From a virus, in IMG/VR virus record IMGVR_UViG_3300033388_005265, positions 55,164 to 119,163 of that record: DNA of 64,000 nucleotides; one strand, written 5' to 3'. Position numbers and translations under genes: made by a program. This document shows, in pieces, positions 17,330 through 24,771 of the stretch. Within the stretch, counting starts at the first letter, position 1. Each line of letters starts with the position of its first letter. The notes beneath the pieces are model-generated. The model saw only the letters and a program-made list of their open reading frames with translations, ran no database searches and was not told where the DNA came from.

Positions 17330-17749
17330 CTACCAACTGTTCTGCCTATGATTTGTTGCCCACTTTATACGGCCAGTATTATTTATGCCACCAGTATTAT
17401 CAAAAGCAGCTCTTTTTTTGTCAATACTTTTATCTATTGTAGCTTTTTCTTGTTCTGCTAAAGCTATTAATTTAGCTTCTTTAGCTTTTCTTTCTCTTTC
17501 TGCATCTTCTTCTGCTACTACGTTAGCACCAAGTCTTTTTATTCTTAACTTTTTGATCAGTTCTTTCTTAGCACTTATAGTCATACTACATAAAGACTTA
17601 CCTTCATCTGATCTCCACCATTCATTAAAATCAGAAGTGACTTTTTCTGATAGCCTGAGTTCAGAAAACAACGCTTTATTCCAACTCATATCAACAGTAG
17701 CACAACCAAATGACATTAAAATTATAATTAACAATATTACTTTTTTCAT
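17330..17749 (-). CDS. Putative lipoprotein
   Basis: MKK + hydrophobic core + SFGC lipobox-like. Confidence 0.65.
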   Translation of the reverse strand: MKKVILLIIILMSFGCATVDMSWNKALFSELRLSEKVTSDFNEWWRSDEGKSLCSMTISAKKELIKKLRIKRLGANVVAEEDAERERKAKEAKLIALAEQEKATIDKSIDKKRAAFDNTGGINNTGRIKWATNHRQNSW

Positions 17750-17759
17750 TAATTCTCCT

Positions 17760-17837
17760 TGGAGGGCCCTACAGGACTCGAACCTGTGACCTCTTGGTTC
17801 GTAGCCAAGCGCTCTAATCCAACTGAGCTAAGGACCC
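17760..17837 (-). tRNA. trnR: tRNA-Arg(ACG)
   Basis: Cloverleaf, CT-ACG-AA, CCA. Confidence 0.93.
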
Positions 17838-18094
17838 AGATCTTTTTTAACATCAGTAAGAATCTGTTTAAATGTTTTCTTTAAGTCTGGCCAAATACTC
17901 TTCCATTCTTTAATCAATACTTTTATTTCATCTGAATTAAATATCCAGAAGTATGGAATTGATCCTCCAGATACAGCCGGTATAAAGATTTGTGTTATGA
18001 ATAAAAATATTATTAAAAATACAATAAATGCTACAGCTATCATCTTTTCTCCTTTCTTAAATGGTAGACGAAGCAGGGTTCGAACCTGCGACAT
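17828..18094 (-). CDS. Small membrane protein
   Basis: N-terminal TM; likely start MIAVAF; stop at tRNA-Arg nt 8-10. Confidence 0.55.
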   Translation of the reverse strand: MSQVRTLLRLPFKKGEKMIAVAFIVFLIIFLFITQIFIPAVSGGSIPYFWIFNSDEIKVLIKEWKSIWPDLKKTFKQILTDVKKDLGP

Positions 18095-18137
18095 CAGCCT
18101 TGTAAAAGCTGCGCTCTCCCAGCTGAGCTATTCGTCC
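18062..18137 (-). tRNA. trnV: tRNA-Val(TAC)
   Basis: Cloverleaf, TT-TAC-AA, A73, CCA. Confidence 0.93.
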
Positions 18138-18685
18138 ATTTTTAATTTATTACGTGTTCTTCTGCCTTTTCCTTTATTAAGAGCTCCAAATGTTGGTGTT
18201 AACGAATGACAACTAGGGCAAATTAACTCCATATTTTTTGGAATTGTATTTTGAAAGTCTCCATCCTTGTGTTCTGCTTGCACTGGAACTTTACCTGTAG
18301 CCGGATTAACTTCCTTCCAACCACATCTTTCGCATTTATCTCCTCTTGTTTCTCTAAGCCAACGTTTTACATTATTAGAGATCTGATCTTGTGCTTTTCC
18401 TATATTTCCAGTCTCAAGTCCTTTTAACCATCTTTCTATATATAATTTGTATTGAAAATCACTTTTACATGTAGAGCTACAATATTTAGCTTCATATCTT
18501 CCTACTATATTTTCACAGTTAAGACATTTTCCTTTTTTTCTATCTTTTTCATGTATTTGCTTTGTATTGTGTTCACCCCATGGCGAACAATCTAAACAGT
18601 ACTTTCTATTGCCTAAATTTTTCTGTACTCCTTCTATTCTTATTTTAAACGGAAACTTCTCATTACACTTCTTACATATCGGCAT
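18128..18685 (-). CDS. Putative HNH homing endonuclease, family B
   Basis: CERCGW......VQAEHKDGDFQN....NMELICPSCHSLTPTF; N-terminus shared with 15494..15982; stop at tRNA-Val nt 8-10. Confidence 0.88.
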   Translation of the reverse strand: MPICKKCNEKFPFKIRIEGVQKNLGNRKYCLDCSPWGEHNTKQIHEKDRKKGKCLNCENIVGRYEAKYCSSTCKSDFQYKLYIERWLKGLETGNIGKAQDQISNNVKRWLRETRGDKCERCGWKEVNPATGKVPVQAEHKDGDFQNTIPKNMELICPSCHSLTPTFGALNKGKGRRTRNKLKMDE

Positions 18686-18727
18686 CCTATGGATCCTCCT
18701 TTAAAGGGTTTCCATAGTATTAAACCA
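18686..18727 (-). promoter_or_regulatory. SD-enclosing hairpin with overlapping GGTTTAATACTAT motif
   Basis: CTATGGA-AACCCTTTAAAGGAGGA-TCCATAG before ATG. Confidence 0.65.
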
Positions 18728-18782
18728 AAGCGTAACTTAAATGACTAGTTTATTTATTTTTATTGCAAGATTGCAGACTAAG

Positions 18783-19019
18783 TTACTCGTCCACATCTTT
18801 TTTAGTATTCCTAAATTTCATTGAACTTGCACTATAAGCAGCTTGGTAGAAATCAACCATCTTCTCTGCTATCTCATCAGCCATCTTTTTTAATTCAGGC
18901 TGTTCATCAAGCATTTCATGTTGAGATATATTAGTATCCCAAGAATCCTGCAAGACACTTGCTCTATCCATTACTTCATGATATCCAAACTCATCATTCG
19001 CAGGCATTATCTTTTTCAT
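18783..19019 (-). CDS. Hypothetical protein
   Basis: ORF track; DEFGYHEVMDR pattern. Confidence 0.6.
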   Translation of the reverse strand: MKKIMPANDEFGYHEVMDRASVLQDSWDTNISQHEMLDEQPELKKMADEIAEKMVDFYQAAYSASSMKFRNTKKDVDE

Positions 19020-19176
19020 CCTTGATTATCTTATCGCTTTCCCTTCTTCTTGCTTTGTTTATCATTTTTTTGAAATATTTAGTAATACCATTTTTACTTG
19101 CATTTTTAGACCAATCGTATCTAAACATTTTAAAGTGAGCTTCACTCTTAGTCCCCGGTTTCATCTTTTCCTTATT

Positions 19177-19251
19177 TGGAGGGCAAAGAGGGAATCGAAC
19201 CCCCGTAAACTGGGTTGCAATCAGTCACCTAAGCCACTCGGACACTTGCCC
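19177..19251 (-). tRNA. trnC: tRNA-Cys(GCA)
   Basis: TT-GCA-AC, U73, CCA; one anticodon-stem mismatch. Confidence 0.88.
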
Positions 19252-19255
19252 TTAT

Positions 19256-19333
19256 TGGTGGAGAGAGGAGGAGTCGAACCTCAGGCCTCCTGTGCTTCAA
19301 ACAGGCGCTCTACCACAGCTGAGCTACCTCTCC
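19256..19333 (-). tRNA. trnF: tRNA-Phe(GAA)
   Basis: Cloverleaf, TT-GAA-GC, CCA. Confidence 0.9.
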
Positions 19334-19347
19334 ATATTTTAAATAAT

Positions 19348-19422
19348 GTAGGCGGGCAAGATTTGAACTTGCGTCCTCCAGCTAAACCGCTGGCGCTCTA
19401 CCGGACTGAGCTACCAACCTAC
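19348..19422 (-). pseudogene. Degenerate tRNA-like gene, 6-nt anticodon loop
   Basis: Intact D-arm (GCTC/GAGC) and T-arm (GCAAG-TTCAAAT-CTTGC); CCAGC-GGTTTA-GCTGG; bulged acceptor; no CCA. Confidence 0.7.
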
Positions 19423-19434
19423 CTTCACATAAAT

Positions 19435-19511
19435 AGAGTAAATACGCAAGAGTCGAACTTGCCATCTCCCGGCTTGTGCCAGGTGCCCTGCCCGCTTAGG
19501 CCACTATCTAC
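19435..19511 (-). pseudogene. Degenerate tRNA-like gene, 6-nt anticodon loop
   Basis: D-stem GCCT/GGGC, CCTGG-CACAAG-CCGGG, T-arm GCAAG-TTCGACT-CTTGC; no CCA. Confidence 0.65.
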
Positions 19512-20004
19512 ATCTATGTAAATTCTGTTTTTTCTTCTTTATGTTTCTGCCTGTGAATGTGTCCAATTGACTATCACAATGCGGACATACCATTCTTAGA
19601 TTCTCTATCCTATTGTCATTATTTGTGCCATTAATATGATCTAATCTTAGTACTAATGGTTTTCCTTGCCACTCTGGTCTTATGCCACATATTTGGCATT
19701 TATTTTTTAACAATCCTTTTTCAAATAGTCTTTTTTTTAAATTAGTATTATTGTTATATGTACTATTTTCGACTAATATCTTTTCTAATGGAATTTTTTT
19801 AGCCCAATCGTGTTTTCTATCTTTTAAATAGCCTTGTCCTGTGAAATGAGATACATCTAAATTAAGTCTTTTAATAGCGTTGTTTAAAGTATTATAATTT
19901 CCTCCAGCTGGAATTAATCCTAATTTCTTTATTGCTGCCGCCTTTGAAAAACATGCCTTAACTGCTTTTGATACATCGTCATCTGTATATGATTTTTCTC
20001 TCAT
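19504..20004 (-). CDS. Putative HNH homing endonuclease
   Basis: KCQICG....WQGKPLVLRLDHINGTNNDNRIENLRMVCPHCDSQ. Confidence 0.92.
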   Translation of the reverse strand: MREKSYTDDDVSKAVKACFSKAAAIKKLGLIPAGGNYNTLNNAIKRLNLDVSHFTGQGYLKDRKHDWAKKIPLEKILVENSTYNNNTNLKKRLFEKGLLKNKCQICGIRPEWQGKPLVLRLDHINGTNNDNRIENLRMVCPHCDSQLDTFTGRNIKKKKQNLHRCR

Positions 20005-20027
20005 CTTATTGACCTCATTATATTATT

Positions 20028-20104
20028 TGGTAGGAGTGATGGGATTCCAACCCACACTTAATAGGGCTTAAACCTATTGCCTCTGGCAATTGGGCTACAC
20101 TCCT
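20028..20104 (-). tRNA. trnL: tRNA-Leu(TAA), short variable loop, C19/G56
   Basis: AGGAGTG/CACTCCT, TT-TAA-GC, A73, CCA; D-loop GC instead of GG, T-loop TTGGAAT. Confidence 0.82.
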
Positions 20105-20282
20105 ATACTCTAATATAAACAAAATCAACTAAATGGAAGACTTATTTTTTTATTATTCTCTTACGTCTACCTGTTCCTTTTATCCGAATATCAAAAATAA
20201 TACTATGGAAGCTACTAATATTGCACCTGCCACCTTTGTTAGTATCATTGTAGTCCTACATGTATCTGTTTTACATTCCATC

Positions 20283-20819
20283 TTACCATCCATCACTATT
20301 CCTATTTGACCAATTAGTTCTTTTTCCGTCATCCTTTATCGCATTCTTTATCGGACTTGACATCCCTGATACTTTTAACTTTTCTTCTGGAGGTTGAAAA
20401 CTTGGTTCTACTCCATTACTCCAAGGAGACTCTGTCCAAACGTATCCTTCTGGTGTTGCCTTTATTCTTATTTTTCCTTCAATGGCATCTCTCTGTCCTT
20501 CGAAATATGCCTCTTCCATTGCTTTTCCAATGGGAGTATCTGATAATCTAGCTTTTTTTACAGCCTTGCCACTTTCAACTCTATCTTTAATATCCCTGTA
20601 CTCTTTTAAAGAGTTTGTTCCACGAGTCTTTAAAGAAGCTAACCATGCTTTCTTTGTTAATGTAGTAACATTATTTTCAACAGCATAATTATAATATGCT
20701 CTTTCTCTATAACTAGCAAACTGTGGAATAGCTATAGCTGCAAGCATACCTACAATAACCACAACAATTAACAATTCTATAAGGGTAAAGCCACATGGAT
20801 CTTCTTTACTATACATCAT
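20283..20819 (-). CDS. Type IV prepilin-like protein (N-methylation domain) with unrelated C-terminus
   Basis: G|FTLIELLIVVVIVGMLAAIAIPQFASYRERAY class III signal peptide with Glu5; RBS AAGGAG. Confidence 0.88.
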   Translation of the reverse strand: MMYSKEDPCGFTLIELLIVVVIVGMLAAIAIPQFASYRERAYYNYAVENNVTTLTKKAWLASLKTRGTNSLKEYRDIKDRVESGKAVKKARLSDTPIGKAMEEAYFEGQRDAIEGKIRIKATPEGYVWTESPWSNGVEPSFQPPEEKLKVSGMSSPIKNAIKDDGKRTNWSNRNSDGW

Positions 20820-20834
20820 AACTACTCCTTAAAT

Positions 20835-20909
20835 TGGTAGGACTACCTGGGTTCGAACCAGGGACCTTCTGCTTATCAGGCAGATGCTCTACCGCTGAGC
20901 TATAGTCCT
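20835..20909 (-). tRNA. trnI: tRNA-Ile(GAT)
   Basis: Cloverleaf, CT-GAT-AA, CCA. Confidence 0.95.
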
Positions 20910-20915
20910 AAATTA

Positions 20916-21170
20916 TTAACGATATTCTACTATTCCGCCTTCACTATTAGCGACATACATCTTATCTCCTACAGTAATAAAATATATGGCAATCCAAGGA
21001 TCACTAATGGCTCTTTTCATAGTGAATTTAATTGGCTGCTCTTTCTTAGTCGCCTCATGACATCCGTTGCATCCATAATCCCAGTCACCTGCGTGAGCAT
21101 AAGAAAATATACCAAGTACTGCTAACATTACTATAGACATTATCAGTGTGTTCTTAAGCATTCTAATCAT
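20916..21170 (-). CDS. Small secreted protein with a CxxCH (heme c-binding-like) motif; start corrected from 21221
   Basis: AAGGAG RBS before ATG 21170; signal peptide ending AHA; mature GDWDYGCNGCH. Confidence 0.65.
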   Translation of the reverse strand: MIRMLKNTLIMSIVMLAVLGIFSYAHAGDWDYGCNGCHEATKKEQPIKFTMKRAISDPWIAIYFITVGDKMYVANSEGGIVEYR

Positions 21171-21192
21171 TTCTAACTCCTTTGTTAAGGTC

Positions 21193-21225
21193 AAAAAAAA
21201 TCCCACGCTCTTATGAGACATGGGA
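21193..21225 (-). terminator. Rho-independent terminator downstream of tRNA-Thr
   Basis: TCCCA...TGGGA hairpin followed by T8. Confidence 0.75.
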
Positions 21226-21231
21226 TGGTAG

Positions 21232-21307
21232 TGGAGCCGAAGGAGGGATTCAAACCCCCGACAAGCTGATTACAAATCAGCTGCTCTATCAGCTGAGCTA
21301 CATCGGC
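21232..21307 (-). tRNA. trnT: tRNA-Thr(TGT)
   Basis: Cloverleaf, TT-TGT-AA, CCA; A19/U56. Confidence 0.9.
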
Positions 21308-21568
21308 CTAATCTACCATCTTCTTTAGTTGCCATGAAGGTAATGTTTTTACACCACCCATAATTTTTTCATCACCGGTAATCGGCAATATCTTTCCATA
21401 ACTATCATGGTCATATCTATTATCGCCATGGCACATCGAGCCAAAAGCGTATAATCCAGGTTTATCTGCATTAATATCTGTTGTGTCTATATCTTCTTGA
21501 GTTATATCTAATACAACCCAAAATCTATCGTGTCCTTCTTTTTTTACTAAAGCTCCAGAGTATAACAT
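21308..21568 (-). CDS. Hypothetical protein
   Basis: ORF track; stop abuts tRNA-Thr +1. Confidence 0.6.
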   Translation of the reverse strand: MLYSGALVKKEGHDRFWVVLDITQEDIDTTDINADKPGLYAFGSMCHGDNRYDHDSYGKILPITGDEKIMGGVKTLPSWQLKKMVD

Positions 21569-21608
21569 GTTCTTCCTTCTGTGTCAATTTATTATTGAAA
21601 AAAAATAA

Positions 21609-21686
21609 GTGTAGGCATGGTAGGATTCGAACCTACGGCCCTTGGGTTTATGAGCCCAAGTTCTACCTCTGATATACACTGCCTAC
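21609..21686 (-). pseudogene. Degenerate fMet-like tRNA (CAT), 8-nt anticodon loop
   Basis: TTGGG-CTCATAAA-CCCAA with three G-C pairs, intact T-arm, weak D-stem, bulged acceptor, no CCA. Confidence 0.65.
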
Positions 21687-21853
21687 AACTGGAATTTTGC
21701 AAGTCAAACCCTGTTATTAGGCAATTAATACTACACGATGACTTTATAACAGATAAATACTGCTCACCAGCAAGTTCTTGGATAACCAAGAACGACCCCA
21801 TAAATTACTTAATAATAAGACATATTTATTGTTATTTTGTTTTATATTATAGT

Positions 21854-22471
21854 ATGGGAGCTACAATATCATTAAAATGTCCAACATGCCTTTGTATTTT
21901 TGACAAACAAATGACAGCATATAGGCGAAGCAATAAACGTGGCTATAATCACTTTTGTTCCAGAGAATGTGGCTTTAAAAATCACACTTCTGAAGGAACA
22001 TCAAAAGTAATTTGTCGCAATTGTGATAATGTTTTCACTAAACATAACAGTGAAATTCTAAAAAGTACTAATAATTTTTGTTCTAAATCATGTGCTGCTA
22101 CATATAACAATAAGAACAAGTCTTATGGAATTCGTCGCAGTAAACTTGAAATTCATATTGAAAATAAAATTAAATCTGAATTCCCACACATATCATTCGT
22201 ATCAAACTGTAAAAAAATCATAGGATCAGAACTTGATCTATATTTTCCAAGTTTAAATCTAGCTATTGAAATCAATGGACCACTTCATTATGAGCCTATA
22301 TACGGTGAAGAAAAACTTCTTCAAATTCAAGCCAACGACAAACTTAAAATAAATGCATGTAGTGATGCTAACATTAAATTAGTTACCGTAGATAATTTAC
22401 AAACCTTTTCAAAAACGTATTCTAATAAATGTTGGAAAACAATAAAACCATATTTAATTGGTGACCTATAA
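21854..22471 (+). CDS. Putative DUF559/Vsr-like homing endonuclease, paralog of 11754..12371; start corrected from 21617
   Basis: Same 205-aa length and motifs (LKCPTC, FCS..C, ELDLYFP.L.LAIEINGPLHY). Confidence 0.8.
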   Translation: MGATISLKCPTCLCIFDKQMTAYRRSNKRGYNHFCSRECGFKNHTSEGTSKVICRNCDNVFTKHNSEILKSTNNFCSKSCAATYNNKNKSYGIRRSKLEIHIENKIKSEFPHISFVSNCKKIIGSELDLYFPSLNLAIEINGPLHYEPIYGEEKLLQIQANDKLKINACSDANIKLVTVDNLQTFSKTYSNKCWKTIKPYLIGDL

Positions 22472-22533
22472 GGGGATCGAACCCTTGCTGCCTGATAGAA
22501 AGTCAGGTGTCCTAGCCACTAGACGAATAGGTC
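22459..22533 (-). tRNA. trnE: tRNA-Glu(TTC)
   Basis: Cloverleaf, CT-TTC-TA, CCA. Confidence 0.9.
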
Positions 22534-22541
22534 ATTAAATT

Positions 22542-22619
22542 TGGTCTGGATGGCAAGATTTGAACTTGCGACATCTCGCGTCCAAGGCGAGAACTCTGAC
22601 CAAACTGAGCTACATCCCG
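22542..22619 (-). tRNA. trnP: tRNA-Pro(TGG)
   Basis: C1:G72, CT-TGG-AC, A73, CCA; one acceptor mismatch. Confidence 0.9.
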
Positions 22620-22933
22620 TTATCATTATCTCCAGCAGAGTATTCTCTTAGAACCTTCTCTACCTTATTTAGTTCACTTCTTTTTTTATTTATTAAAGCA
22701 ATCATATCATAAAATGGTACGACTGTCAAGTCAATTTTCTTTACAGGATCAACTGCCTTATGTATTCTTTTAGTGAGCCTACCTGAAATTATCTTTCTTA
22801 TTAGAACCATATCGAAATCATTTCCAGGTTCATAATACTTAGGGTCTTCAACCACATAATATCCTGGCTCAAAAGGCCATGATGCTGTTACTATGTCTCC
22901 TTTATGGAGTGGCTCAGTCTTTTTCATTCCCAT
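22610..22933 (-). CDS. Hypothetical protein
   Basis: ORF track; stop at tRNA-Pro nt 8-10. Confidence 0.6.
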   Translation of the reverse strand: MGMKKTEPLHKGDIVTASWPFEPGYYVVEDPKYYEPGNDFDMVLIRKIISGRLTKRIHKAVDPVKKIDLTVVPFYDMIALINKKRSELNKVEKVLREYSAGDNDNGM

Positions 22934-23213
22934 TCCATCCCCAAGTCTGCTCTATTCGTGGTCCATTATCTTCTTCAGCATATTCAATTTCTTTTGTCTC
23001 AGTAATATTGATCTTCGGAACTTCAGATGTCTCAATAACTTGTTCCTGTACTTGAGGAGTAACTCCTGTCTCAGTTTCTTGTTCGTCGTCTCCAAAATCA
23101 AAAGCTCCAAATATTAGTAATACGAATCCTATCCACATAGCATTATCTAGGTCTATTATATCTAGTGCAATAAAGAACCCCATAATCACAATGAATATTA
23201 ATAACATTTCCAT
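22914..23213 (-). CDS. Membrane protein with acidic tail
   Basis: Two N-terminal TM segments. Confidence 0.6.
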   Translation of the reverse strand: MEMLLIFIVIMGFFIALDIIDLDNAMWIGFVLLIFGAFDFGDDEQETETGVTPQVQEQVIETSEVPKINITETKEIEYAEEDNGPRIEQTWGWNGNEKD

Positions 23214-23214
23214 A

Positions 23215-23568
23215 TTATTTCCAATCTATTCTCTTATTACCAGAATTATCTGATGCTGCATCCTTTTTACTGCCAAGTAATATATAAGTTCCACTAAAGA
23301 AAACTTTTTTCTTATCTTTAGTTCTTCCTTCCCATTCTGTTGGCGTTCCTGCATGACCGCAGATTGTACCATACATCAATATGGTATATCCAGGAATTGT
23401 CAATGTCCATGGTTTATCACTAGCATCAGATCCTGGTACACAATCTTCTTCTGCCGCCTTTGCAGCAGTGCTTACAAACAATGTCAGGATCATTAGAACC
23501 ATAAACATTACAAAACCTTTCTTAGCATTATCACTCATTTGTATGTCCCCATTATAAATTCTTTCCAA
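23215..23568 (-). CDS. Putative secreted protein
   Basis: Signal-peptide-like segment ending AKA; likely start MSDNAKK. Confidence 0.55.
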   Translation of the reverse strand: MERIYNGDIQMSDNAKKGFVMFMVLMILTLFVSTAAKAAEEDCVPGSDASDKPWTLTIPGYTILMYGTICGHAGTPTEWEGRTKDKKKVFFSGTYILLGSKKDAASDNSGNKRIDWK

Positions 23569-24512
23569 AATTCAAAGTTAGGCTCTTCTGAAAAGCCACT
23601 ATTTTCTGATAGCACTTCTATTTGATCCATTTTCTCTTCTATTAGCGGCGCCACTTCAGTCGTATAGTCTAGTTCACCTAGTTTTACTTGTCTTAAAAAG
23701 TCTGCCGATTTTAATGGAAACACTATGGTTCCAGTAGTAAATAGCTCTTCAAGCTGAAATGCAGCTCTTAATGCATGACTTAAGGCTTTCCAGTCTATAT
23801 TCTCGTTGTTCTTAGCTGCCATAGCTCTAGCGCCATATTTTTCATACACTAATTGAAGTGCATCTCTAGTGTATTTTACCTTAGCTGTTTCCTGGAACTT
23901 CCTATTACAGACCTCATACATTCTGTATCTATCTGGCTTAACACTATCATCTGTAGCTGGATGCTGAGCTATATGCTCTCCTAAAGGAAGGCAATCCCAT
24001 ATATCAGCAAGCTTTTCATCATCAGGACGAGTGTTCAAATATTCAATTGCCCTAGTTACTGCATCCAGTCTGGAACCTTTTATTCCATATTTAGCAGCCT
24101 GCTTTCTTGCATAGTCAACGAATGCACTTAGATTCTTATGATAAAATTGTTCTTTGTTTATAGTAATATAGGACCAATGTAAGCTAGACTCTATTATCAT
24201 TTCACAAGGAGCATGTATCATATCTATTTGTGCTGTTTGTCCTTCACATGCAAGCTTTATAAACTGATGTAAAGAGAACAATTCAACATCTATGTCATCC
24301 TTAGTATTTTTCCCTTTTTCATCACCGCTACTATGATTTATAGTTGGCTGTGCTTTTTGCAATATTAAGTCTTCTTTAGATGGAAGAAATACTCCTTTAT
24401 AATCTACGTCACTATGCTCAGTATCAGTACCATATAAATGGCTACCAAATTTCATAAGAACTACTAGTTCTCGTCCATCAAGCAATTCACGTACAACTTC
24501 CATGTCAGTCAT
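23535..24512 (-). CDS. DNA polymerase beta-superfamily nucleotidyltransferase
   Basis: FGSHLYGT....SDVDYKGVF (GS + DxD); C-terminal WKALSHALR. Confidence 0.88.
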   Translation of the reverse strand: MTDMEVVRELLDGRELVVLMKFGSHLYGTDTEHSDVDYKGVFLPSKEDLILQKAQPTINHSSGDEKGKNTKDDIDVELFSLHQFIKLACEGQTAQIDMIHAPCEMIIESSLHWSYITINKEQFYHKNLSAFVDYARKQAAKYGIKGSRLDAVTRAIEYLNTRPDDEKLADIWDCLPLGEHIAQHPATDDSVKPDRYRMYEVCNRKFQETAKVKYTRDALQLVYEKYGARAMAAKNNENIDWKALSHALRAAFQLEELFTTGTIVFPLKSADFLRQVKLGELDYTTEVAPLIEEKMDQIEVLSENSGFSEEPNFEFWKEFIMGTYK

Positions 24513-24760
24513 CTTTTAATTCCTTTCAGCATTGAACTGTTAAAGATCCCGGCGGGCTTCTTTTCCTCTATGACTTCTTCTTCTACTATTACTTCCTCTA
24601 TCTTCTTATTAAGAAATCTTTCTGGAGGATTGCTAAGCTTTATCTTAGTCTTACTATTAACAATTGCAAAAGAGTTTATTTCCAATATATGTCTAAATGC
24701 TGCCTCTGCTCTTTCAGCATCAGCTGCGGTATCATATTCAATTGAATAAGACGGACTCAC
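24509..24760 (-). CDS. Hypothetical protein
   Basis: ORF track. Confidence 0.55.
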   Translation of the reverse strand: MSPSYSIEYDTAADAERAEAAFRHILEINSFAIVNSKTKIKLSNPPERFLNKKIEEVIVEEEVIEEKKPAGIFNSSMLKGIKR

Positions 24761-24771
24761 CTTATCTATAT

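Noticed and set aside
19135-19521. 128-aa plus-strand ORF
   Set aside because: Antisense shadow of four consecutive tRNA or tRNA-like genes
21617-21853. N-terminal extension of the DUF559-like ORF in the track
   Set aside because: It overlaps a pseudo-tRNA antisense; the paralog at 11754 defines the start at 21854 with identical length
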